A stretch of DNA of 64,000 nt from Dehalococcoidia bacterium (GTDB lineage: Bacteria; Chloroflexota; Dehalococcoidia; SM23-28-2; RBG-16-64-32), in assembly GCA_963665775.2 (NCBI GenBank), contig CAXXTF010000002.1, positions 160,001 through 224,000 of the forward strand, in the 5' to 3' direction. Numbering within the stretch: the first letter of the stretch is position 1; the number at the start of each line of letters is the position of its first letter. Shown in pieces: positions 42,012 to 52,628 of the stretch. Made by a program: the position numbers and the translations under genes. A model generated the notes under the pieces. The model worked only from the letters and a program-made list of their open reading frames with translations. It did not search any database and had not been told where the DNA came from.

Positions 42012-43169
42012 TTGGAAACGCTGAGAGACAAGGCGGCCATCATAGGAATCGGGGAAACGGACTTCTCGACGAACTCGGGACGGACGGAACTAAAGTTGGC
42101 AGTGCAAGCAACACTTGCCGCGTGCGAGGACGCTGGGATTGAGCCGACCGCCATCGACGGGATGGTCCGCTACGATATGGATGAGGTAGATCAACTCGCT
42201 TTGGCCACAACCCTCGGTGTAGCGAATCTCCGGTTCATCGCCGAGACAGGTTATGGCGGCGGTGGCGCCTGTACGACGGTAATCCTGGCAGCGATGGCTG
42301 TGGCTACGGGTCAAGCGGATGTGGTGCTTTGTTGGCGATCGTTGAATGAGTACTCCGGCCGAAGGTTTGGTCAACCTCAGACAGATGTCATACGCGTGGG
42401 CGGAGAGCCGCAATTCCATAGACCCTACGGAATCATGAGCCCGGCACAACTGATAGCGATGATGGCCCGCAGGCATATGTTTCAGTACGGGACCACAAGC
42501 CGTCAGTTTGGCTCCGTGACAATGAACAGTCGCGCCTACGCCTCAAATAATCCCAGGGCGCGCTTCTACAAGAGGCCTTTGACGTGGGACGAATACGATC
42601 TGAGCAGGGTAATCGCCGATCCAATACGAACATACGACTGCTGCCTCGAGTCCGACGGAGCAGTGGCTATTCTGGTCAGTCGAGCCCAGTCGGCTGGTGA
42701 CTTCAGGCAGCAGCCGGTGTACGTAATGGGCGGGGCTTGCAGCTCCGGACGGACGGGAGCGACCATGGTGAACTTCTACGTAAAGGATATGACCGTTTCG
42801 GAGGAATGTCAGGCAGCCGGAGAACAGCTCTGGAGGATCGCAGGGGTTGGCCCAAAGGAGATCGATGTGGCCCAAGTTTACGATCACTTCTCCCCGCTGG
42901 TACTCATGGCGCTGGAAGATTATGGCTTCGTGAAGAAGGGGGAAAGCGGCCCATGGGTCGAAAGTGGCGCTTTGGGACCCGGAGGAGATCTTCCAACCAA
43001 CACGGCAGGAGGGCTCGTAGGGGAAGCCTACATTCACGGAATGAACCTGATCTCTGAAGCAGTTCGGCAGATTAGAGGAACATCGCCAAACCAGGTTGCG
43101 AACGCGGAGCTCTCGTTCGTTTCGGCTGGGAATGGGGTTCCTACCTCAGCCCTGATATTGCGCAAGTGA
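42012..43169 (+). CDS. Ltp2-like thiolase-superfamily (SCP-x type) retro-aldolase
   Basis: GGG.AC, DCCLESDG, VYDHF and GEAYIHG motifs. Confidence 0.85.
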   Translation: METLRDKAAIIGIGETDFSTNSGRTELKLAVQATLAACEDAGIEPTAIDGMVRYDMDEVDQLALATTLGVANLRFIAETGYGGGGACTTVILAAMAVATGQADVVLCWRSLNEYSGRRFGQPQTDVIRVGGEPQFHRPYGIMSPAQLIAMMARRHMFQYGTTSRQFGSVTMNSRAYASNNPRARFYKRPLTWDEYDLSRVIADPIRTYDCCLESDGAVAILVSRAQSAGDFRQQPVYVMGGACSSGRTGATMVNFYVKDMTVSEECQAAGEQLWRIAGVGPKEIDVAQVYDHFSPLVLMALEDYGFVKKGESGPWVESGALGPGGDLPTNTAGGLVGEAYIHGMNLISEAVRQIRGTSPNQVANAELSFVSAGNGVPTSALILRK

Positions 43170-43189
43170 ACACGCGAAGAACGAGGTGA

Positions 43190-43459
43190 GTGACGATGGC
43201 GATACAGTTATCACGCCCACTACCGCAGCCTGATCTCGATACCGAGCCGTATTGGGAAGCGGCCCGACAGCATAAGCTAGTTGTTCAGCACTGCCCAAAG
43301 CAGGGGATCTATCAGCATCCCCCTAAACCGCGTTTGAAGGGCTGCGGTTTCGACTTTGAATGGAAAGAAGTGAGCGGCAGGGGACGAGTGTACTCGTTCA
43401 CGATCATCTATTTGAATGGTCCCACGGCCTCGGCGAAGAACAAGGAGGAAGTGCGATGA
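43190..43459 (+). pseudogene. Truncated DUF35 (Zn-ribbon/OB-fold) protein
   Basis: PYWEAA..HKL, SGRGRVYSFT; only two of four Cys present and the OB fold ends early. Confidence 0.65.
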
Positions 43460-44385
43460 TCACAGGGCGCGACATCCTACTAACGGAGCAGCGGGGGCAT
43501 GTCTATATCCTAACAATTAACAGGGAGGAGCGCCGGAACGCATCCAGCCTCGAGCTATCGGATCGCCTTGGGGAGGAGTGGGAGCGCTTTGATGAGGATG
43601 AAGATCTGTGGGTGTTGATCCTCACGGCAAAGGGGGATGTGGCTTTTTCAGCGGGCCATGACATGAAAGAGGATGTCGAGGGCGACGTCCGAGGTGGACC
43701 TCGGGGCGGCATGAAGCAAACCCCACGCCGCAAGCCTCACCCATGGGTATCGACCTGGAAACCAACGATAGCTGCGATCAACGGATACGCACTGGCTGGC
43801 GGTTGGGAGCTTGCCCAGCGTTGCGACGTGCGCATAGCTGCGGAACATGCCACCTTTGGAATCCCGGAGATAAGGTGGAACTTGCCTGCAGGCTTCGGCG
43901 CTCAGCTGTCGCAGTTGCCCACTTGGGCAATCGCCGCCGAGATGTTGCTTTGGGGGCGACCGATTAGCGCGCAGCGGGCCTACGAGATAGGTTTCGTCAA
44001 TAAGGTGGTCCCTAAAGAGAGACTCATGGAGGAGGCCTCAGAGTGGGCTGAATACATGTGTACCCTAGGTCAGGAATCAGTGAGAGGCCACAAGCGACTG
44101 CTGCACTATGCTCGCTTTGTTCCACCCTCAGAGATTCAATCTCTAACCGAGGACATCTTTTATTGGTGGCCGAAAAAGCGAGGTGTCGTTCTCGATGAAG
44201 ACGTCGGAGCTCGGGCCTTTGCCGAAAAGCGGCAGCCTAACTTTAGCGATCAGTTCAACCCCCCTAAATTTCATTGCCCAAAATGCGGCTCCGAATACGT
44301 GGTAAGCAAGAATCGCAATGGCTCGCTTATGTGCTGCGGTGAAATCGCGAAGGAAGGTCCCCTTCCCCTCTCGCAAGCATGGTGA
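43456..44385 (+). CDS. Enoyl-CoA hydratase/isomerase with C-terminal CxxC...CCG metal-binding domain
   Basis: FSAGHD, KP.IAAING.ALAGG.E and FGIPE motifs; tail CPKCGSEY....GSLMCCG. Confidence 0.88.
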   Translation: MITGRDILLTEQRGHVYILTINREERRNASSLELSDRLGEEWERFDEDEDLWVLILTAKGDVAFSAGHDMKEDVEGDVRGGPRGGMKQTPRRKPHPWVSTWKPTIAAINGYALAGGWELAQRCDVRIAAEHATFGIPEIRWNLPAGFGAQLSQLPTWAIAAEMLLWGRPISAQRAYEIGFVNKVVPKERLMEEASEWAEYMCTLGQESVRGHKRLLHYARFVPPSEIQSLTEDIFYWWPKKRGVVLDEDVGARAFAEKRQPNFSDQFNPPKFHCPKCGSEYVVSKNRNGSLMCCGEIAKEGPLPLSQAW

Positions 44386-44473
44386 GCGAAGGTGAGGAAC
44401 GGCCTCGATCCGCAGAGCGATCCGAGAGGCTCAAGTACGAGGAAGTAAAGAGGAATGACCGCCGAAGTCCGGC

Positions 44474-44501
44474 TTGACACCCTATGATATGGGACTAGAA
44501 T
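44474..44501 (+). promoter_or_regulatory. sigma70-type promoter with palindromic spacer
   Basis: TTGACA-N16-TAGAAT; the spacer contains CCCTATGATATGGG. Confidence 0.6.
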
Positions 44502-44692
44502 TGTTTTATTGGATGCTCCCGCTAACAGGTTGTAGCGGCTAGATCGGAGAGACCTGATGGTCGATCCGGATACCTTAGAGGCTCGACCCGGCACGGCCCA
44601 ACGTGGTCTAACGTGAGGGGTGCCGGGTTGATCGCTGATGTAGGATGGATTCCTAATCTACGCGACGGAAGGAAATTGCTGGGAGGTATACG

Positions 44693-45706
44693 ATGGCGGA
44701 CCTAGAAGTAATCGATACCCATACGCACATCGCGCGCTCCAAGGCGCATGGCAGAGAATATGGGCGATACCAATTAGCGCGGTTCAGGGGCGGCGTGGGA
44801 CCACTCGACTACCCGTATCCGCTTAGTCAGGTAGAACCGCCCGTTTACGGTACCGTAGACGAGTTTCAGCAGCTGATGGCCGAGACGGGGGTGGCCCACA
44901 TGAACTTCCTTATGTTCACGTGGGCCGGCTTGTATTACCACGACGGTCGTTACACTTTGCCTGACGAGCCGAGCCGCCGCGCCAAGGCAGACGAAGAGCT
45001 GAAGACCAGAATAACCGAACGGCTTAGGGACAATAACGAATGGGCGGTGAACACCGTCAAGGAGCACAAGAACCTAAGCTTCTTTTGTGGAATTGATCCC
45101 GTAGTGATGGACGAGAAAACCCTCGTCGCTGAGGTAGCGGATAAGACCACTCGAGGAGCCCTGGGGGTCAAGATGGTGCCAGACGACTCTGGTGTCCCCG
45201 GTAACGACCGGCGGCTGTGGCCCGTTTACGAGTATTGCCAGTCCAAGGACATACCTATTTTGAGTATGACCTCGAGCCGGCCCGGGGCCCCGTCGCGCCC
45301 CGCTAACTTTGCGGAGGCCCTAAGAGACTTCCCACGATTAAAGCTTATCTGCGGTCACGCTGGCGGAGGTGGCGAGGGCGAAGCCGAGGTTGTGGAACTT
45401 ACTAGTAAATACGAGAACGTTGCCGCCGAATTCACCTCCTTTATGAGGGTTACGGATGATCAGATGGAGGAGATGGCGCAACGTATCCGCCGCATAGGGA
45501 TCGATCGAGCCATGTTTGGCACCAACTTCCTTTATTCCGAATTGATTCCTCTTGACGAGCCGGTAGAGGGAGAAAAACCGAAACCGCTTCAATTTACGGA
45601 GACGAAGAAGGCTCTCGAAGTCCTAAAGAAGCTCCCCCTAAAGGACGCGGAGAGAGAACAAATCGCGAGTAAGAATTTCAGACGCATAACTGGGTTAAAG
45701 GCCTGA
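44693..45706 (+). CDS. Amidohydrolase_2 family protein
   Basis: IDTHTH, GALGVK, FPRLKLI.GH.G and R.MFGTN motifs. Confidence 0.88.
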   Translation: MADLEVIDTHTHIARSKAHGREYGRYQLARFRGGVGPLDYPYPLSQVEPPVYGTVDEFQQLMAETGVAHMNFLMFTWAGLYYHDGRYTLPDEPSRRAKADEELKTRITERLRDNNEWAVNTVKEHKNLSFFCGIDPVVMDEKTLVAEVADKTTRGALGVKMVPDDSGVPGNDRRLWPVYEYCQSKDIPILSMTSSRPGAPSRPANFAEALRDFPRLKLICGHAGGGGEGEAEVVELTSKYENVAAEFTSFMRVTDDQMEEMAQRIRRIGIDRAMFGTNFLYSELIPLDEPVEGEKPKPLQFTETKKALEVLKKLPLKDAEREQIASKNFRRITGLKA

Positions 45707-45769
45707 GGTCGGAGAGTGGCGACGTAAAGTGCTGAACTCGCCCGACTAGCAGTTGGCGGAGGGCAAACA

Positions 45770-48193
45770 ATGCCTCAAGTATTTGAAGGTCTGCGCGTAA
45801 TCGATTTTAGCTCAGGTATGGCCGGCTCCATCGCGACGATGGTGATGGCAGACAATGGCGCGGAGGTCGTCAAGGTGGAGCCCCCGACGGGAGATCCATT
45901 TCGCTCGCTGCCCGCCTGGCGGCAATGGCATCGGGGGACGAAGGGCGTCGTGCTTGACCTGCAAACTGAGGTGGGGGTAGAGCAAGCCCAGCGACTCGCT
46001 GCTAGTGGCGACGTGATTGTACAGAGCTTCCGGCCAGGTGTGCCTGACGGCCTAGGTATAGGGTATGAAACCTTATCTGCAAGCAATCCGGGCCTCATCT
46101 ATTGCTCCATTACGGGCTTCGGGCAAAAGGGGCCGTATGCAAATTACAAAGACTATGACGCTCTCGTGCAAGCCAAGGGCGGGCGAATGATGGACTACCA
46201 GAGTGCAGCCGAGCGGGAGGGTCCTACTTTCACCGCTGTACCGGTAGCGACCTTTGCTGCCTCCCAGTTCGCATTGCAGGGTATCGTGGCCGCCCTTTAT
46301 GTTCGGGGGCGAACGGGACTAGGTCAGCGGGTGGATACAAGCGTGCTTCAGGGCCTCGGCTTCTACGACATGTACAACTGGCTCAGCGTCCAGCTGCACG
46401 ATCGCTTCCCCGAAACCTATCCCGCCCTATCCACCACCGTATCCGCCAGCATGGGCGGCTCTTATTTCTATCTGGTTGCTCCCACTCAAGACGGACACTG
46501 GCTCCAGTTCGCAAACCTGGCCAGCCATCTGTTCCGCGCCTTCGTGCAGGCCGTCGATCTGGAGGAGGTCTTCAATGCGGCGGGGACCATGGAGGGGACA
46601 TTAGTCCCGCTCGGCGGTGCCACCGAGGAGTTGTGGGAGGTGCTCCTGTTGAAGATTCAGGAGAAGTCGCTGGCCGAGTGGATGGATATCTTTATGCCCA
46701 ACCTAAACATCGCGGTGGAACCGCTTCTCCACACCCAACAAGGGATGGAACACCCTCAGATGCTCCATAACGGGCATGTCATTGAGGTTGAAGACCCTCA
46801 GGCTGGCAAGACCCGGCAGCTGGGTCCGCTTGTAACCTTCAGCGAGACGCCCTCGAAGATTCAGGGGCCTGCTCCAACTCTAGGCCAGCACACCCAGGAG
46901 CTTCTATCGCAGCCCGACCGCTCGGTTCAGGCGCCTATGCCTGTAGTCGGGGCCGACGCGCTCCCTCGTCATGCCCTGGAAGGCGTGACGGTACTCGAGT
47001 TGTCCAGCTATCTTGCTGCCCCTCTTAGTACCAGTCTGCTGGCCGACTTGGGAGCGCGCGTCATCAAGATCGAGAACCTGGAGGGCGATCCGCTACGAAC
47101 CATTCAGGGCTGCCAAAGGACGGTGCAAGGCAAAGAGAGCCTCGCCCTCGATTTGAAGGCGAGTGAAGGGAGAGAGGTTCTCTACAAGTTGGTGGAGCGG
47201 GCTGACCTCCTCATGCACAACTTTCGGCCCGGTGTCCCTGAGCGGCTTGGCATGGATTACGGTACCCTATGTAAGCTGAATCCAGGCCTCGTCTACGTAT
47301 ACTCCGGGTCCTACGGCTCCAGCGGACCCTACTCCCTTCGCCCCGCGTACCATCCGATCCCCGGTGCCATCTGTGGCGGCGCTTTGAATCAGGTTGGGCA
47401 AGGCACACCGCCTCCGCCAGGCACTTCTTTATCTCTCGATGACGTAAAGCGTTATTCCCGCAGACTGGCCAGAGCCAATGAGGGAAATCCAGACCCCAAC
47501 TCAGGCCTTGTTACCTGCACCGCCTTGCTCATGGGCCTTTATACCCGCGAGCGAACTGGGAAAGGCCAGTATATCGAGACCACGATGCTTTGCGCCAACG
47601 CCTACGTTAACTCCGATGATTTCATTCGATATGAAGGTAAGCCAGATCGACGCCTGCCAGACGCAGAACTCCACGGTCTGAGTTCCCTCTACCGATTATA
47701 CCCTTGTAGGGAAGGTTGGATATTCCTGGCTTGCCTCCTCGATGAGGAATGGGAGGCCCTTCGTCTGGCCCTGGGTTCGGAGGAGCTACAGAGGGACAAG
47801 CGGTTCGCTAGCCATCAGTCTAGACTTGAGCACGACGCCGAGCTGGGTGCCCTCCTATCACGGGCCTTTGAAGAGAGGGATGCCCCCGATTGGGAGAAGT
47901 ACCTGGCCGAATATGATGTCCCGTGCGTAGTTGCGGACGCCGGCCGCTACTACGCCTTCTTCAATGAAGACCTCCACATTGAGGCTAATGGTATGGCGAC
48001 CGAAGTGGAACACCCAGTTTATGGGAAGTACAAACGTCACTCCTCGAACGTGTCACTCTCTCTGACTCCGGGTGTTGTAGGCCCCGGCAATCGCGCTGGC
48101 GAGCACTCACGCTTAATCCTAGAGGAACTGGGCTATAGCCCATCGGAGATTCGGCAGCAGAAGGCGAAGGGCGTTGTCACCTGGCCTGAATAG
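45770..48193 (+). CDS. Fused double class III CoA-transferase
   Basis: Two CaiB domains (MADNGAEVVKVE; LADLGARVIKIE). Confidence 0.92.
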   Translation: MPQVFEGLRVIDFSSGMAGSIATMVMADNGAEVVKVEPPTGDPFRSLPAWRQWHRGTKGVVLDLQTEVGVEQAQRLAASGDVIVQSFRPGVPDGLGIGYETLSASNPGLIYCSITGFGQKGPYANYKDYDALVQAKGGRMMDYQSAAEREGPTFTAVPVATFAASQFALQGIVAALYVRGRTGLGQRVDTSVLQGLGFYDMYNWLSVQLHDRFPETYPALSTTVSASMGGSYFYLVAPTQDGHWLQFANLASHLFRAFVQAVDLEEVFNAAGTMEGTLVPLGGATEELWEVLLLKIQEKSLAEWMDIFMPNLNIAVEPLLHTQQGMEHPQMLHNGHVIEVEDPQAGKTRQLGPLVTFSETPSKIQGPAPTLGQHTQELLSQPDRSVQAPMPVVGADALPRHALEGVTVLELSSYLAAPLSTSLLADLGARVIKIENLEGDPLRTIQGCQRTVQGKESLALDLKASEGREVLYKLVERADLLMHNFRPGVPERLGMDYGTLCKLNPGLVYVYSGSYGSSGPYSLRPAYHPIPGAICGGALNQVGQGTPPPPGTSLSLDDVKRYSRRLARANEGNPDPNSGLVTCTALLMGLYTRERTGKGQYIETTMLCANAYVNSDDFIRYEGKPDRRLPDAELHGLSSLYRLYPCREGWIFLACLLDEEWEALRLALGSEELQRDKRFASHQSRLEHDAELGALLSRAFEERDAPDWEKYLAEYDVPCVVADAGRYYAFFNEDLHIEANGMATEVEHPVYGKYKRHSSNVSLSLTPGVVGPGNRAGEHSRLILEELGYSPSEIRQQKAKGVVTWPE

Positions 48194-48349
48194 GTCGTAT
48201 CCGGAAGGGTAGAGGTGGCTGGAAGGGTTCGCTGAAACGTGAAGCGCGTATGCAAAGAAGGCATAGCTTAAGGCCAGGTTCGGGCATGGGTCCGCGTTAG
48301 GTTGGATGACTGGCTAGCCTCGTAGTAACTTTACCTGGAGTAGCAAGAG

Positions 48350-49501
48350 ATGGCGAAGCACCCCCTGCATGAAGTGGCTATCGTCGGAGCCTACAATACT
48401 AAGCAAGCCCGCGTGTTGGAAGGACACACCCAGGACACCATCACGCTGGAGGCCATTCGAGGCGCTCTCAATGATGCTGATCTAAAGCCTTCCGATATAG
48501 ACGGCGTTACAGTCCGCGGAGGAGCGTTGACCTCTGCGCATCTCATTTATCTCATGGGGTTGGGTCCGGCCTGGCAAGGAGGCGGTGAAGTGGCCATCCA
48601 AGGCATCCTTGAGGCCGCAGCCGCCATCAGCATGGGACAGTGTCATACCGCTGTCATCGCCGGGGGAAACGCAGGTGCCTATACGGAGCGAGACTCTACG
48701 GCCCCCTGGACTAGGCCCAGCAACGAGTTTGTAGAATGCTGGGGCCTCTTTACCGCAGCCGAGTTCGCACTGATCGCCCGCCGCCATATGCACTTATACG
48801 GCACTAGGCCGGAGCACCTCGCCACAGTGGCTGCTACGATCCGGAATAATGGTCACATTAATCCCGAAGCGGTCTATCACGGAAGGGGTCCCTTCACCGC
48901 AGAAGATGTCCTGAACTCTCGAATGGTGGCAGACCCGTTTCACCTTCTGGACTGTTGCATGACCTCCGAGGGAGCAAGCGCTCTCATTCTTACCACCGCT
49001 GAACGAGCCAAAGATATGAAGCTGAAACCGATCTTTATCTTGGGAGGTGCCCTCGAAACACGCGGGCCGCTCTATACCCTTCCCCCTTCCTTCGATCTTG
49101 CCGGCTGGGTGGGACGAGAGGCGGCCAAGAAGAGTTTTCGCATGGCGGGGATAGGCCCGGAAAACGTGGATGTCTGCGAATTCTACGACCCCTTCTCATT
49201 TGAGATCATTCGTCAGCTAGAGGCGTTCGGATTTTGCGGCGAAGGCGAGGGGGGAGATTTCGTCATGGGGGGGAACATCGAGCTTACGGGCAAATACCCC
49301 GTCTGTACCGATGGTGGCCTCATGTCCCACAGCCATCCCGGCACCGCCCAGTCAATCCAAAAGGTCATCGCCGGCGTTCGCCAGCTTAGGGGAGAGGCTG
49401 GGGACCGGCAAGTGCAAGATGCCAAGATCGCTATGTGTACGTACGGCGGGGGTGGTGCTCTCTTCGACCACGTTCTGTTGCTTGGAACCGAGATACCTTG
49501 A
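48350..49501 (+). CDS. Thiolase family protein (SCP-x type)
   Basis: ARRHMH.YG, LDCC..SEG, FYDPF and TDGG.MS.SH motifs. Confidence 0.9.
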   Translation: MAKHPLHEVAIVGAYNTKQARVLEGHTQDTITLEAIRGALNDADLKPSDIDGVTVRGGALTSAHLIYLMGLGPAWQGGGEVAIQGILEAAAAISMGQCHTAVIAGGNAGAYTERDSTAPWTRPSNEFVECWGLFTAAEFALIARRHMHLYGTRPEHLATVAATIRNNGHINPEAVYHGRGPFTAEDVLNSRMVADPFHLLDCCMTSEGASALILTTAERAKDMKLKPIFILGGALETRGPLYTLPPSFDLAGWVGREAAKKSFRMAGIGPENVDVCEFYDPFSFEIIRQLEAFGFCGEGEGGDFVMGGNIELTGKYPVCTDGGLMSHSHPGTAQSIQKVIAGVRQLRGEAGDRQVQDAKIAMCTYGGGGALFDHVLLLGTEIP

Positions 49502-49656
49502 TGAGGAACGTCCGGACCCCCTCTGCTCGCACTGACTGGCGCCTGGGGGCCTTTCTCTTCGCTACCAAGCACCCTCGGGCGGCGGCCGGTCCCTTGACGA
49601 GCTCACCCTTGCCCGCAGCCTATAGTGTCACCAATATACCGAACGAGCTCATATTC

Positions 49657-49685
49657 TTGACAGCGCATCCTGAAAGCAGTAGCGT
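49657..49685 (+). promoter_or_regulatory. sigma70-type promoter
   Basis: TTGACA-N17-TAGCGT. Confidence 0.55.
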
Positions 49686-49763
49686 AACCCGTGCACCGCA
49701 CGGTTGGCCCTCACGGGCAGAGTATCAAGAGAGGAGAGAGCCGATAGCACGGCTGGTTCACCA

Positions 49764-50954
49764 ATGGAGCAGGCTCTAGCCGGTATTAAGATTCTCGACC
49801 TGACACACCACGTGGCTGGACCGTACGCCACAAGGCTGCTGGCTGGCTACGGGGCCGAGGTAATCAAGATAGAGCCGCCGGGCACTGGTGATCCGACGCG
49901 GCTCTGGGGCCCCTTCCCTGGCGATGAGCCGCATCCCGAAAAGAGCGGCTTTTTTCTCGTTCTCAACACCGGTAAGAAGAGCGTAACCCTTAACCTCAAA
50001 ACGAAAACCGGCGTTCGCATCTTCGAAGAGCTGGCAAGGACCGCCGACGCCGTCGTGGAGAACTTCTCACCGGGAGTGATGGCTGCCTGGGGGTTGGGCT
50101 GGCACGAACTACATGAGCTTAACCCCAAGTTGTCGATGGTATCTATCTCGAACTTTGGGCAGGACGGGCCGTACCGGGACTATAAGGCTAACGAGCTCAT
50201 GGCCTTCGCCATGGGCGGTATGATGAGCACGACGGGCGATCCCGATCGGGAGCCCGTCAAGAATTTCGGTCATGCAGCGGAGTATATGGCGGGGCTGAAA
50301 GCCTCATCGGCTGCGATGACGGTCATATACGGAGCGACGGCCCACGGTGGTGGACAGCACGTAGACCTGTCGATCCAGGAGGAGATGGTGGCATCTCTGG
50401 AATCGAGCGGGCCTATCGCCTTCAACTACGGTTACGACGCCGTGCGCAGTGGCAGCTATTCGCGTGCCGCCATGGCCATCTACCCGTGTAAGGATGGCCA
50501 TATGATGTTCTGGTGTCTGGATCGAAACATTCCCGCCCTGTTCCGGGGAATGGGATCTCCTGAGCTTATCGACGACCCAAGATTCAGCACTGCCGCCGCC
50601 CGCCAGGAGAATGATGACATCCTTAACGCACTGATCATAAGCTGGTGCGCCGAACGCACGAAAAAGGAGATATACGAGATCGGTATACAGGAGCAGGTTC
50701 CGGTGGGGTATATGGCCATGCCCGATGAGCTGCTGGAGTGGCCGCCCTTGCGCGACAAGGGTTTTTGGCAAGAGGTGGAGCATCCCTTCGCAGGTACCTT
50801 GAGCTATCCAGGAGGTCCCAGCTTAATGAGTGAAGCGCCCTACGTGGTTAGCCGGGCACCGCTGTTGGGCGAGCATAACGAAGAGGTGCTATGCGGCCGT
50901 CTGGGCTATACCAACCTCCAGCTGTCTCAGCTAAGAGCGCTCGGAATCATTTAG
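49764..50954 (+). CDS. Class III CoA-transferase (BbsE-like subunit)
   Basis: GPYATRLLA..GAEVIKIE and NFGQDGPY motifs. Confidence 0.9.
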   Translation: MEQALAGIKILDLTHHVAGPYATRLLAGYGAEVIKIEPPGTGDPTRLWGPFPGDEPHPEKSGFFLVLNTGKKSVTLNLKTKTGVRIFEELARTADAVVENFSPGVMAAWGLGWHELHELNPKLSMVSISNFGQDGPYRDYKANELMAFAMGGMMSTTGDPDREPVKNFGHAAEYMAGLKASSAAMTVIYGATAHGGGQHVDLSIQEEMVASLESSGPIAFNYGYDAVRSGSYSRAAMAIYPCKDGHMMFWCLDRNIPALFRGMGSPELIDDPRFSTAAARQENDDILNALIISWCAERTKKEIYEIGIQEQVPVGYMAMPDELLEWPPLRDKGFWQEVEHPFAGTLSYPGGPSLMSEAPYVVSRAPLLGEHNEEVLCGRLGYTNLQLSQLRALGII

Positions 50955-50966
50955 GAGACGCTTGCA

Positions 50967-52286
50967 ATGACACCTTTGCCACTTCAAGGAGTGCGAGTCG
51001 CTGATCTGACAATGGCCTGGGCGGGACCCCATGGCACCCAGCAACTAGCGGACATGGGTGCGGAGGTAATCAAGATTGAGGGGCCCAATAACCATGACTT
51101 GATACGGGCGATAGTGTTCGGCGGCTTATCCGCCACGGATGTCGGGCACCCTTACAACAAGAGCGTCTACTTCAATGAATTTAGCCGAAACAAGCTGGGG
51201 CTATGCCTCAACCTGGCAGACCCAGAAGGCCGCGAGCTGTTCTTGCGTTTCGTGGCGATCTGTGATGTGGTCGTCGAAAACTACCGCGCCGATGTGATGG
51301 ATAAGCTCAACCTGACCTATGAAGTGTTGAAGCAGGTGAAGTCAGACATCATCGTGGTAACCCAACCTGCCTTCAGCAAAACCGGTTCAGAAAGAAATCT
51401 GGTTGGTTACGGTCCCAGTATAGAGGCGGCAGCCGGAATGCAAGGTCTATCTGGCTACCGGGACGGTGGTCCCCAGAAGACCGGCTTCACCTATTGCGAC
51501 GCTCTGGCCGGATTAGGCCTGGCCAACGTCCTTATGCTTGCCCTTCTCTATCGACAGCGCACAGGGAAGGGCATATATGCCGAAGGGTCAATGCGGGACA
51601 CTACATTAGGTGTCATTGGCGAAACGTTCATGGAGTGGCAGATGAACCGGCGTTACCCACCCCGCCTGGGCAATCGCCACGCTTGGATGGCTCCGCACGG
51701 TTGCTATCCCTGCAAACCGCTGCCCCCCGAAGAGGGACGTCCAATCCATCGAGCACGGGGGTCTTCGGGTGAGAAGAGCACGGACCGCTGGGTCACGATA
51801 GCTGTAGGCAGCGACGACCAGTGGCGAAGCCTCTGCGAGGCGATGGGAATGGCCGAGCTTGTTGAAGACGGGCGTTTCGCTGACGCCGTCAGCCGCTACG
51901 AGCACCAGGACGAGCTAGACGACATCGTTGCCGCATGGACGCGAGAGCATGGCGATTACGAGCTGATGCACCTACTCCAGGCTCGCGGAGTGCCTGCCGG
52001 CGCCGTACTGACCCCGCTTGCCATTTCCCAGGATCCCCATTTAGAGGCGCGGGATGTCTTCGAGGTGGTCGAGCATCCCGACTTTGGCCCCAACAAGGTG
52101 ACGCGTCCTAGTGCTCGACTTTCGGAAAGCCCGGCGCATGTCCGCCGTCCCGCGCCCTGTTTCGGTGAGCACAACGATTATGTACTCGGCGACCTTCTCG
52201 GACTTTCAGGGGATGAGATTCAGGCTCTGGAGGAGAAGGGCATTATCTCCTCAGTACCCAAGAGATATGGTGTCGGGACGTTGTAG
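50967..52286 (+). CDS. Class III CoA-transferase (BbsF-like subunit)
   Basis: WAGP, LADMGAEVIKIE and YCDALAG motifs. Confidence 0.9.
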   Translation: MTPLPLQGVRVADLTMAWAGPHGTQQLADMGAEVIKIEGPNNHDLIRAIVFGGLSATDVGHPYNKSVYFNEFSRNKLGLCLNLADPEGRELFLRFVAICDVVVENYRADVMDKLNLTYEVLKQVKSDIIVVTQPAFSKTGSERNLVGYGPSIEAAAGMQGLSGYRDGGPQKTGFTYCDALAGLGLANVLMLALLYRQRTGKGIYAEGSMRDTTLGVIGETFMEWQMNRRYPPRLGNRHAWMAPHGCYPCKPLPPEEGRPIHRARGSSGEKSTDRWVTIAVGSDDQWRSLCEAMGMAELVEDGRFADAVSRYEHQDELDDIVAAWTREHGDYELMHLLQARGVPAGAVLTPLAISQDPHLEARDVFEVVEHPDFGPNKVTRPSARLSESPAHVRRPAPCFGEHNDYVLGDLLGLSGDEIQALEEKGIISSVPKRYGVGTL

Positions 52287-52628
52287 CCCGGGAGAGGCAC
52301 AACGGAGAGGGTCCGGGGGCGAGACCACTTCCGCTATCTTCTCGCAGAGGACGCATTCCTATGCCCGGCTGCCCAGCGAATGCGCCGCTTCACCGCGGTC
52401 ACGACGCTCTCTGGCCTGACCTAGGCCGCGTAGCTGAATCCGTTACAGACACCAGTGCCTACCTTCATCCCTCCTATCCCATCCAGAAGGCCACTTCGGC
52501 AGCGGCTCCTGCCAACGGGGCACAAACTAGATTGGATTCAACTATTCCCGCCATCCGCATGGTGGTGGCCTTTGAGGCCGCCAAGCGCACGACGCAATCC
52601 CCCCGGGGCTGGCCAAGCACAATATTGG

